Assembly: GCA_043799545.1 (NCBI GenBank) | Contig: JAZDNO010000009.1 | Coordinates: forward strand, 8,262-72,261 | Reading direction: 5' to 3' | DNA: 64,000 nt | DNA from: Methanobacteriota archaeon | GTDB taxonomy: Archaea > Thermoplasmatota > Thermoplasmata > SG8-5 > DAIRED01 | In this document: piece by piece, positions 56,022-64,000 of the stretch | Numbering within the stretch: the first letter of the stretch is position 1 | How the letters are laid out: each line of letters starts with the position of its first letter | Program-made: the position numbers and the translations under genes | Notes under the pieces: model-generated | The model's input: only the letters and a program-made list of their open reading frames with translations | Database searches by the model: none | What the model was told of the DNA's origin: nothing

Positions 56022-56467
56022 GGCATCCGCAGCTTGAGAATCGTCCATCCAGCCCACTGCCTTCTGCACCCTTCCGGCAGAGCTTCCAGCGCGGGAAACT
56101 CCCGGTTCGGGAAGGTGTATATTCCCTCTTCGGAGACCGCGTCCAGAATCAGATGGCTTGCGTAACCGAGAGACACGCCGAGCACGATGGAAACCGCCAT
56201 TCCGCCGCTTATAACTCCGCAAACGGCGAGCGCCTCCAATACCATCGACGCGACGTACGACCACAGCGCCCACGCCGCTACAGAATGGCCGAGCGGTGTG
56301 CGCCTTCCCTGCGGTAGCTCATGCCTGTCGAGGTTCACCATCAAAGCTGACATCGCGCCCACGAAGGCCGCCGCCTGGGCGTGCGCCGGGAAGAGCATGA
56401 GCGCTGCTGTCAAGGATACCAGGGCACCTGCGAGCGCGTGGCGGAGGAGGTTCGTCGTGGGAATCAC
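55985..56467 (-). CDS. membrane metal-dependent hydrolase (YbcI-like)
   Basis: HALAG, NLDRH, RRTPLGHS, GYASHLILDA. Confidence 0.7.
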   Translation of the reverse strand: MIPTTNLLRHALAGALVSLTAALMLFPAHAQAAAFVGAMSALMVNLDRHELPQGRRTPLGHSVAAWALWSYVASMVLEALAVCGVISGGMAVSIVLGVSLGYASHLILDAVSEEGIYTFPNREFPALEALPEGCRRQWAGWTILKLRMPQKSYILQTTNQ

Positions 56468-56516
56468 CGAGGCAAAAAATGACGTATATGTATATGCAAA
56501 CGAACCCTACATGTAG

Positions 56517-56648
56517 CTACTTCAACTTCTCCCCGCAAGCGTAGCACATGACCGCGTTTTTATTAACCATGGTTCCGCATCCAGGGCAGACCATCTCACC
56601 CTCTGAAGGCTCGCCCTTCTGCTTCTCCTTCTTGTTCCAGAATCCCAT
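56517..56648 (-). CDS. 43-aa zinc-ribbon protein
   Basis: MGFWNKKEK...CPGCG...CYACGEKL; ATGA overlap with the tpiA stop. Confidence 0.7.
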   Translation of the reverse strand: MGFWNKKEKQKGEPSEGEMVCPGCGTMVNKNAVMCYACGEKLK

Positions 56649-57316
56649 CAGAGCGCACCCATCATGTCCTCGATGACCGCCTTCTGGTCCTTCGCCTTCA
56701 CGACGCCCGATGCCAGCAAGACGCCGTCCGCGCCGAGCTCCAGCGCCTTCCTCACGTCCGCGCCGTTCTTCACGCCCGCGCCGCATAAAACCTTGGTGGT
56801 CGGCGATATCTTTTTCACGGCCGCCACCGAATCCGATACTACGCCTGGATTCGCAGTCGTCACCGAGATGTCGCCGCCTATGAGTTCCGGCGGCTCGACG
56901 GCGATGAAGTCCGGTTTGAACTTCGCGTATTCCAGGCTTTCCTCGGCGTCCTTCGTGCAGACGATTGATACGAGCCCAAGCTGCCTGCACCGCTCCACAA
57001 GCGCTTTCACGTCCTCCGGCGGGATGCGGTATTCCGAGTGGTTGATCAATGCACCGGCGCAGCCAATGTCATTCACCGCCTCGGGGGTGACCCTGCCGGT
57101 CGTCCCGCCTGGCTTTACGTTATCAAGGTGCTGCGCAAGGATGGGAATGGTAAAAGTGCTCGCATACAGAGCCAGGTCGCACTGCGGGGGCGCAACGGCT
57201 ATGCTCTTTCCAGTCGCTTCGGATGCTTCTTGGCATATCCTCGCGAGCCGCACGCCGCACGTTCCAGTCGATTCGGGATATGTCTTCATGTTGATGGCTA
57301 CGACCGGAGTTTTCAT
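56648..57316 (-). CDS. tpiA: triosephosphate isomerase (archaeal type)
   Basis: INMKTY, LINHSE, AVEPPELIGG, CGAGV, LLASG. Confidence 0.97.
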   Translation of the reverse strand: MKTPVVAINMKTYPESTGTCGVRLARICQEASEATGKSIAVAPPQCDLALYASTFTIPILAQHLDNVKPGGTTGRVTPEAVNDIGCAGALINHSEYRIPPEDVKALVERCRQLGLVSIVCTKDAEESLEYAKFKPDFIAVEPPELIGGDISVTTANPGVVSDSVAAVKKISPTTKVLCGAGVKNGADVRKALELGADGVLLASGVVKAKDQKAVIEDMMGAL

Positions 57317-57320
57317 CCGC

Positions 57321-58451
57321 TCACTCCATCGCTTTCCGGACGATGCCTGCCTTTCCAGTCGCGCTGAAGGACCTGAAGAACGTCCGCGCCTCGGCGTACG
57401 CCAAAGACTCGATTGTGCCCACAGTCTCGGCGTCGAGCTTGTGGAACCTGTCATAGAAATGACCGAATGCGTTCTTCACATTCTTCCCGAAGACGGTGTT
57501 CTGGGGCTTTCCGGGGCTCTTTGGACCGTATGTCGCGATGGTCCAGTCCCACATCTCCTTGTAGAAGTCCGGGTCGTATACCTTGACAGTGTCGACGACT
57601 ATGTTCTGCCAGAACGTGGCCACGTTGCCTTTGAGAATGTCTCCTTTGGGGAACATCGTGTTAATCAGCTCTCTGGGCGTGCCCGTTATCCCGTGCTGGG
57701 CTATCCTCACGTGGGAGCCCATGTCTCTGAGAGCCGCTGCAACCCTGCGGGTCTGCTCAAGGTCGATGCCGACCTGCTCTATCATGTTCCCTTTGTCGTC
57801 GTAGACGTTGCCGTGGGTGGTGCCGTTAGCTATCGCCAGCACGTCCGGCTCCACGCCGTTCTCGTTCAGGGCCTTGATGAAAGTCACCGCTTCCTCAGGC
57901 TTCGTGACGACCTTGCCGTTCGCGTCCTCCTTGCCTATTTCGCCGACCTCGACCTCGAGGCCGAACGACTTCGAGCCCATCTTGGATTTGATGTGCCTGG
58001 CAAGCTCCGTCGTCGCGTCTATGTTCAGGGACAGTTCCTTCCTCAGGTTCCCACCCTTGAAGTCGAAAAGGTGCGAGGCGTCGATTGCGAAGCTTGTGAA
58101 GCCAGCCTCGACCTGCATGTCTATCAGTTCCTTCGTCTTCGCGATGTCCTCGGGCGTTCCCTTCTTCACGGTGATGTGGTCCGCGTGCAGCACCCAGACA
58201 TCGAACTTCACATCGTTTTCCGCAGCCCGAATCTGCGCGGCGTAGTCCACGGGCTTCATGCCGGTGTATCCGCCGTTCTGGTCGCACTCCGACCGGGCTA
58301 TCTCGAATATCACCGGAGCGTCGAGGTCCTTCGCGGCCCTGAAGATGCCCCTGGCGACCCCCCGGGTCAACCGGAGGTTGGCGGCCATCACTATCGTCCC
58401 CCGGTCCTTCAGGCTCCTGAACACAATGTCTCCAGGTATCGGTTTGGTCAT
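57321..58451 (-). CDS. fba: class II fructose-bisphosphate aldolase
   Basis: LHADH, FTSFAIDASH, EVEVGEIG, AIANGTTHG, AQHGITG, KGNVAT. Confidence 0.92.
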   Translation of the reverse strand: MTKPIPGDIVFRSLKDRGTIVMAANLRLTRGVARGIFRAAKDLDAPVIFEIARSECDQNGGYTGMKPVDYAAQIRAAENDVKFDVWVLHADHITVKKGTPEDIAKTKELIDMQVEAGFTSFAIDASHLFDFKGGNLRKELSLNIDATTELARHIKSKMGSKSFGLEVEVGEIGKEDANGKVVTKPEEAVTFIKALNENGVEPDVLAIANGTTHGNVYDDKGNMIEQVGIDLEQTRRVAAALRDMGSHVRIAQHGITGTPRELINTMFPKGDILKGNVATFWQNIVVDTVKVYDPDFYKEMWDWTIATYGPKSPGKPQNTVFGKNVKNAFGHFYDRFHKLDAETVGTIESLAYAEARTFFRSFSATGKAGIVRKAME

Positions 58452-58453
58452 CC

Positions 58454-59338
58454 CTATGCCTCCTTGTTGAATTTCTCGATGAGCTGTATCTCCTTCTTTC
58501 CTCCGATGTAAATCGGTATCCGCTGGCTGAGCGTGTCGGGTTTGACGGCCAGTATCTCCCCCTTCCCGTGGCTGGTCGCCCCCCCGGCCTGGACGACAAT
58601 GAAGCCCATCGGGTTCCCCTCGAACAGGAGCCGCAACTTTCCCGCCTCTTTCCCCTTGTAGCCAGGATAGGTGAAAACTCCGCCCTTGTGCAGTATCTGG
58701 TTGACGTCGGCCACGAACGAGCCGCTGAACCGAACCTTGTACCCCTCGGATTCTATCGCCTCTATCCATCTGAGGTGCGCGGGCAGGTAATCCTTCCGCG
58801 CGGCCCCCGGGGCGTAAATTTTACCTACGGGGATGCGGATGTTCTCTTCCTGCAATACATAATCGCCTTCGGGGTTGAGGACGAACTCGTGGACGCCTTT
58901 CTTGACCGTGTACGTCAGCGTTGTCAAAGGCCCGTAGAGCACGTACATGGCGCCAATCATCGTGTTGCCGGGGGCCAGCACGTTGCCCCTGTAAATCCCG
59001 ACGATTGTGCCAACGGCGAGGTTCACGCCTATCAACGACGAGCCGTCCAGCGGGTCGAGGGTGACGCCGAGCGTTCCCTTGGAATCGAATTCTAGGATTT
59101 CGGGCTGCTCCTCCGACGCCAGGTATTTGACGAGACCGGATGCCCTTAGGTCGGCTATCAGTGTCTCATCGGCCCATTTGTCAAGGGCCATCTGCTTCTC
59201 GCCGTAGATGTTCTCTGTGTCCGAATATGATTGGCGGCTGGCAAAACCGTCCTTAATCTTCTTACAGGACTCCCCAATCCTCATGATGAGGCTCGCGAGG
59301 TCCGCTTCGCATCCTGCGAGATGTTGTTCCAATTTCAC
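58454..59338 (-). CDS. fbp: class I fructose-1,6-bisphosphatase
   Basis: NIYGEKQ..LD, ASEE, LDPLDGSS, RFSGSFVAD, GKLRLLFE; GTG start approximate. Confidence 0.94.
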   Translation of the reverse strand: MKLEQHLAGCEADLASLIMRIGESCKKIKDGFASRQSYSDTENIYGEKQMALDKWADETLIADLRASGLVKYLASEEQPEILEFDSKGTLGVTLDPLDGSSLIGVNLAVGTIVGIYRGNVLAPGNTMIGAMYVLYGPLTTLTYTVKKGVHEFVLNPEGDYVLQEENIRIPVGKIYAPGAARKDYLPAHLRWIEAIESEGYKVRFSGSFVADVNQILHKGGVFTYPGYKGKEAGKLRLLFEGNPMGFIVVQAGGATSHGKGEILAVKPDTLSQRIPIYIGGKKEIQLIEKFNKEA

Positions 59339-59385
59339 CCGTTCCACGCTCCCGCGTTGATTGTCTCGGGCTATAAAAACCCTTT

Positions 59386-60501
59386 CTATTTCTCTGCCTT
59401 TTCCTCCTTCATGAACCCCAGCCGACCGCAGAACCAGTGGTGGCTGAGGGGGATTATCGACACTGTGAAGTTGAATATCAGGTCCTGGCCGTGGAACCAT
59501 TCGGGCTCCGCCGCACTTGCCGGGGTGAACAGGCCAGAGGCCATCGTGATGTAGTGGAAGATGAAATACCCCGCGATGACCCACGTCGCCACCCAGGCTG
59601 TTCGAAATGCGGTCTTCTTCCCCACGTCTTCGATGCTGTTCAAATGGTTCGTGTAAAGGCCGAATATGATAATCGGTATCAGGGGGAAGGTGCCCATATA
59701 GAGGACGTGGTGCCATTTGTAGGAATCGGTGAGCACCGCGCCTGGATCCACTGCGGGCTGTATGGCGCCTATGAAAAGGAAGCTGACGTAGCCGAGAACG
59801 GCACCCATGCCCAGCACGAACGGCAGCAGAACCGCGCCGCGCTGAAAGTCACTCTTCCATTTTATTTTCTCTATGAAGTCCCTCCAAGTGATTGCAATCA
59901 TCATGGACATCATTATCGACCACTGGAAGCAACCGAGGAAGATGTTGTTGTTCAAGTCGTTGTAAGTGTCCAGATCCTGCGCCCGGCTAAGCCCCCAGCT
60001 TGCTACGTAGAGGACGTACCAGAGCACGTAGATGACTGCGAGCCAGAGAATCGCCTTGTGGGCGTCGTGCTTAAAGCGTCTCGACAGCGCTCCCTTGAAC
60101 AGGAAGTCGTCCATGCCGAATATGAAGAAACCCAGCACTATGAAGAAGAACTGGCCACCCATGAGTAGGTTGATGTGCTGACCACCGATTGCAGCATCCG
60201 ATGGTAGGCCAATCACCTCACCCATGAACCATCTGTTCACGTAGAATATCATCACCGCGCTGGTTATCGACACCCACTGCCGGGCGAAGCCCTCCCAGTT
60301 CGGAACGGGCTTGGACTTGAAGTAGTGGCTCTGGCAGATGGAGAACATGACGTAGTAGCCGAGCATGGCCATGTAATATCCGCCGTGCCAGCCGACCCCC
60401 ATCTTCTGGAAGTCCAGCCACAGAATTGCGATTCCGATGACGCCGCTGACCACCAGCGCCACGACCCACGTCAGCTTGCCCCAGCGTAACTCGTATGCCA
60501 T
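59386..60501 (-). CDS. polytopic membrane protein of unknown function (~10 TM)
   Basis: alternating hydrophobic helices, His/Trp-rich loops, no family recognised. Confidence 0.75.
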   Translation of the reverse strand: MAYELRWGKLTWVVALVVSGVIGIAILWLDFQKMGVGWHGGYYMAMLGYYVMFSICQSHYFKSKPVPNWEGFARQWVSITSAVMIFYVNRWFMGEVIGLPSDAAIGGQHINLLMGGQFFFIVLGFFIFGMDDFLFKGALSRRFKHDAHKAILWLAVIYVLWYVLYVASWGLSRAQDLDTYNDLNNNIFLGCFQWSIMMSMMIAITWRDFIEKIKWKSDFQRGAVLLPFVLGMGAVLGYVSFLFIGAIQPAVDPGAVLTDSYKWHHVLYMGTFPLIPIIIFGLYTNHLNSIEDVGKKTAFRTAWVATWVIAGYFIFHYITMASGLFTPASAAEPEWFHGQDLIFNFTVSIIPLSHHWFCGRLGFMKEEKAEK

Positions 60502-60579
60502 CTAGCGCACCCATCCTTTCAACCAGAGATTGCGCCGGCGCTAATAAACCTTTTCGGGCATGGGAGCGGAACGGGGGCG

Positions 60580-61473
60580 TTATCCACCCCGGTTCCCGAG
60601 GTACATCCCGCAGTTGCTGCCTATGCGGTTCTCCTCCTGGTCGCCGATGCTGACGATGACCTCGAAGCCCCTGTCCCGGACGGACTGGACGAGGGAATCC
60701 GCGCCTCCTGGCGCATCGGGGTCGAGCATCGACACCATCCCCCGCCTGGCGACGGCCTTCGTGGGGTTGAGCGGCGTGAGCTTCACTAGGAACTTCTTGG
60801 GGTCGAAAGCCGCGGCCAGCGCGTCCGGGCTTATCGCGGCCCCTCGCTCCGCCGCGAAGTTCAATGTCAGCTTCATGTCCCCCGGCCTGAACCATGTCTC
60901 CCCGTATTCGGATATCTGGCCCATCCCCCATTTCGAAAGCGGGAGGAGCGCGTCCCTCTCTTTCGGATCTGTGGAATGTATAGAGAACTGGAGCTGGAAT
61001 CTGCCGCGGTAATAATGCTCCTTGACGTCAAGCAGGCCCTCGAAGAACTTCCCTGATGCTGTCGGGGCGACTGTGGAAAGGCACGCGACCAGGCCCGGCG
61101 CCTTGTATCTCTTGCTCAGCTTTTCCAGAGCCTCCAGCACCGCCGGGTTGAGCGCAGGCTCCCCCATCCTGGCGAACTGGACCTTGAATCGCTTTGCGGG
61201 GACAGAGCCGTCGGAGTAACGCTTGCGGACCACGTAATCAGTCTGCGCCAGTATCTGCTCCGCGGAGAGCGCGCCCCTATAATTCCCTCCGGCGTCGCAC
61301 ATGGCGCACCTCACGGGGCACCCGAAGAGCGACGAGACGATGACGACCCACTTCTCCTCCCTGGGTTTCGGAGGCTGGAGCGATTCGACGAACTCTACGC
61401 GCCGCCCGTCCGTGAATTCCCCGACATACACCTTTGCGATAGATTCGTCCCCGTGCTCGGAGATGACCTTCAA
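60580..61473 (-). CDS. short RlmN/Cfr-like radical SAM protein
   Basis: VEFVES, VSSLFGCPVRCAMCDAG, ARMGEP, FSIH, TPLNP, SNCGM; TTG start. Confidence 0.85.
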   Translation of the reverse strand: MKVISEHGDESIAKVYVGEFTDGRRVEFVESLQPPKPREEKWVVIVSSLFGCPVRCAMCDAGGNYRGALSAEQILAQTDYVVRKRYSDGSVPAKRFKVQFARMGEPALNPAVLEALEKLSKRYKAPGLVACLSTVAPTASGKFFEGLLDVKEHYYRGRFQLQFSIHSTDPKERDALLPLSKWGMGQISEYGETWFRPGDMKLTLNFAAERGAAISPDALAAAFDPKKFLVKLTPLNPTKAVARRGMVSMLDPDAPGGADSLVQSVRDRGFEVIVSIGDQEENRIGSNCGMYLGNRGG

Positions 61474-61534
61474 ATGCTCACGCTCCTTTCGGCCGTCTCT
61501 TCGCCCCAGCAGCTCATCCCTTCGCCCCAGTCCG

Positions 61535-62425
61535 TCATCCCTTTGCCTCCGGCGTTTCTAGATGTTGCCTGGCCAGCATCGCTGCGCGCATCCCGTCCCC
61601 AACGGCTGTAGCGAGGTGGCGGTCGCGCCCCCGGCGCACGTCGCCGGCCATGAATAACCCCTGGATTTGCGTCTGGCCGTTCTCTGCGATCGTGAATTTT
61701 TCTGGCATCCCCTCGCCCAAAACCGGGAGGCTGGGCGCCCTTCCGAGTGCGGCCAGTATGCGCGCGAACCTGTGCCGCGTCCCGTCGGAGAGGGCGAGTT
61801 CCAGATGGTCCCGGAGAGCTCGCACTTCGGTTAGAGATGCGTCGAGGCGGAGAGGTATGCCAGCCTGCGCGAATCTAGCCATGAGCCTTGGGTTTGTCTT
61901 CACAGCTTCTCCGCGGCAGAAGACCTCGGGCGCGCATCCCTGGTTGTGCAACGTCAGGGCGTAGTCCAGCGCGGCCTCGCCGCCCCCGATTACCGCGATG
62001 CTCTCCCCGGCGGCCAACCCGTCCATCTCGGCGACTTCGTAGAATATGCGCTCCTCCGCTTTTTCCGCTCCCTTTGCCGCCAGCTCCTCGGGGCGCGTGC
62101 CAGTCGCGATTATTAGCGTTTTCGCTTCCAGGCTGCCTGCGTTGGTCCTGAGGACGAAATCCGCCCCTTTGCGCGATATCTCCTCGACGTCCCGGTCGAT
62201 CACAAGCACGCCGATGCTGGATAGCTGGCCTTCCAGCCTCTTGCACAGCTCCGGCCCGGAAATACCTTCTGGAAATCCGGGATAATCCTCTATGAGGTTC
62301 GCGTTTCTGGCGAGGCCTCCGACGAGGTTCCTCTCCAGGAGAGCGGCGTCGATGTCGTTCCGCGCCAGGTAGATGGCCGCGGTCAGCCCAGCCGGTCCAG
62401 CTCCGACGATTGCCACGTCGCTCAT
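61535..62425 (-). CDS. thioredoxin-reductase-like FAD/NAD(P)H oxidoreductase lacking CxxC
   Basis: GAGPAG, IIATG, GGGEAALD, FMAGDV; FYEVAEMD stands where TrxR has YCATCD. Confidence 0.88.
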   Translation of the reverse strand: MSDVAIVGAGPAGLTAAIYLARNDIDAALLERNLVGGLARNANLIEDYPGFPEGISGPELCKRLEGQLSSIGVLVIDRDVEEISRKGADFVLRTNAGSLEAKTLIIATGTRPEELAAKGAEKAEERIFYEVAEMDGLAAGESIAVIGGGEAALDYALTLHNQGCAPEVFCRGEAVKTNPRLMARFAQAGIPLRLDASLTEVRALRDHLELALSDGTRHRFARILAALGRAPSLPVLGEGMPEKFTIAENGQTQIQGLFMAGDVRRGRDRHLATAVGDGMRAAMLARQHLETPEAKG

Positions 62426-63093
62426 CGCCTTTCACCCATAATCCTTAGGACTTCAGCCGTCGAGACAGGCACGGCGAAGCCGCTCGAAAGGGTCTGGAGC
62501 GTCGCGCAGTGCAGCTCCTCGTCGTCCGTCGCGGTCGCGTCCACGGTGAAATACGCCTCGAAGTCCCGCATGAAGGCATCGCGCGCCGTCGTCTCGCAGC
62601 AAAGATGGGTCATCACGCCGGCGATGACAATCTGGCCGATTTTTCCCCCCCTCAATTTTTTCTCAAGTCTCGGATTCGAGAAGGCGCTGTACCTGTTTTT
62701 TCTCAGGACCAGCTCGCCCTTGTCCGGCGCAACCCTTGGGTCCACCTCGGCGTACTCGTCACCCTCCAGCAGGGCGTCCCGCCACCATTTCCCCAGGATT
62801 CCGGGGTCCTCCTCCGAGAGGAACGCGTGCCGGGTGAATATCACCGGGAGGCACCTCTTGCGGTACGCTCCAATCAAAGCTTGGACGTTCGGAAGAATTG
62901 CATCGACGGCGGGGATGTAGGCGTGCGAGAGAGAATCGGTGAAGAACCGCTGCATGTCTATGACCAGAAGGGCCGAGCCTTCGGGCACGAGATGAAAATT
63001 CTCTTTTGCGCGGCATCGGCCTTCGGCCAGCGCAATCCATTCCGCAGATTTCTGGGCCAGATTGCGCGCCGTGACGTAGTTCGCGTCCCTCAT
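62422..63093 (-). CDS. isochorismatase-family cysteine hydrolase
   Basis: VIDMQ, KNRYSAF, GVMTHLCCETTARDA (D/K/C triad intact). Confidence 0.92.
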   Translation of the reverse strand: MRDANYVTARNLAQKSAEWIALAEGRCRAKENFHLVPEGSALLVIDMQRFFTDSLSHAYIPAVDAILPNVQALIGAYRKRCLPVIFTRHAFLSEEDPGILGKWWRDALLEGDEYAEVDPRVAPDKGELVLRKNRYSAFSNPRLEKKLRGGKIGQIVIAGVMTHLCCETTARDAFMRDFEAYFTVDATATDDEELHCATLQTLSSGFAVPVSTAEVLRIMGERR

Positions 63094-63181
63094 GTGCGTT
63101 ACCTCGACGGCGTTTCCTGGTTTTTGGAGCTGGAAGCGCTGAACAATGCTCGAAACCGGATTCGCGGCGGGGGTAATGAAG

Positions 63182-63997
63182 TTATTGGGCGCCCTTCGCT
63201 TCCGCCTTCGGAAACTCCTCGCCACGGAGGGTGGTTATAGTCGAAGTGGTGGACGCAATCTTGATATTGCCGCTCGCTTCGACGGCCTCCAACAGGAATC
63301 GCATCAAAATGTTCCGTATCACTCGCCTCTGCCTCGTCTCGACCACGTAGCGAAGGTCCAGGGCAATCCAGTTATCAGTGAGCGTCATGTAAATCGCTGG
63401 CTCGAGATTTCTCACCTGGTCCACATAGTAATTGTCCTTGATCCTGGACAGCCCCTCGGTCGCCGCTTTGACGCATTCGGCAGTCTCTCGCTGCAGGATG
63501 GCCAGGAACTTGTCATGGGCTCCCTTCCAATCGCTGTCGTAGGTGACGGGGATGGTTATCTCGTCCCATATGAAATTATGGTCCTTGGTATAGTTGTTGA
63601 CAGGCGTCGCCAGGACAACGCCGTTCGGGACGGTCGTGAGCCTGCCTGTGACCTGGTCGCCGCTGACCCATCCGCGCGCCTCCATGAGGGTGGTGTAGAA
63701 AACCCCTATGTCTATGACGTCGCCGACTCTCGAGCCAATCTCCACCCTGTCGCCGACTTTGTACAGCCCAGATGCGAAAATCAGCATTCCACCCGCGAAG
63801 TTTTTGAAGAAATCCTGGAGCGCGATGGCGATGCCCGCACCGATGACGCCGATTGCTACGAACAGCGTCTCCGGATTTTCTATCCAGATAGCTGCGAGCG
63901 CGATTAAAAAACCGACAATGTAGAGGGTGGAGGCAATCTTTTTAAAGGAGTACTTGGCCTTGTAGTCCTTGACCCCACGGAGGATTGCCCTTTCCAT
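63182..63997 (-). CDS. MscS family mechanosensitive channel (probably 5'-truncated by the window edge)
   Basis: GIAIALQD..KNFAGG, YKVGDRVEI...GDVIDIG..YT, TVPN, VNNYT. Confidence 0.92.
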   Translation of the reverse strand: MERAILRGVKDYKAKYSFKKIASTLYIVGFLIALAAIWIENPETLFVAIGVIGAGIAIALQDFFKNFAGGMLIFASGLYKVGDRVEIGSRVGDVIDIGVFYTTLMEARGWVSGDQVTGRLTTVPNGVVLATPVNNYTKDHNFIWDEITIPVTYDSDWKGAHDKFLAILQRETAECVKAATEGLSRIKDNYYVDQVRNLEPAIYMTLTDNWIALDLRYVVETRQRRVIRNILMRFLLEAVEASGNIKIASTTSTITTLRGEEFPKAEAKGAQ

Positions 63998-64000
63998 GAT

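Noticed and set aside
1-64000. Transposases, integrases, prophage or defence genes; Sec or Pyl readthrough
   Set aside because: No DDE, HUH, tyrosine or serine recombinase motifs and no genes split by in-frame TGA or TAG were seen

Overview
GC-rich archaeal chromosomal segment, most consistent with Thermoplasmata. The assignment is inferred from the Trm56-HD fusion, aIF2beta-TRAM fusion, a DUF6015-like gene and archaeal ribosomal proteins. About 70 genes are present, mostly housekeeping: translation (EF-1alpha, uS10, eS19, eL39, eL31, aIF6, aIF2beta, PheS, CysS), RNA processing (RtcB, Trm56, TruD, Dus), repair (Nre, DHH nuclease), TFS, SepF, PurC, ThiL and a fbp-fba-tpiA block. There are two intron-containing tRNA-Ser genes (GGA, TGA). 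No transposase, integrase, CRISPR array or reverse transcriptase was seen. Best candidates for undescribed biology: (1) a second CysRS-like protein with an altered Zn/substrate site and no anticodon-binding tail, in an apparent three-gene operon with a two-domain GNAT and a tiny Cys/His protein, reminiscent of the MshC/MshD logic; (2) a family of structured repeats built from tRNA-Ser ends, flanking both tRNA-Ser genes on both sides; (3) two modular NosD/CASH beta-helix surface proteins sharing a C-terminal GWNLxxxP...GYWV domain and near-identical DNA modules; (4) an isochorismatase / CxxC-less TrxR-like / RlmN-like radical SAM cluster; (5) a ~110-aa insertion in PheS and probable ATC and CTG start codons. 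All family assignments come from motif recognition by eye; no database searches were run.
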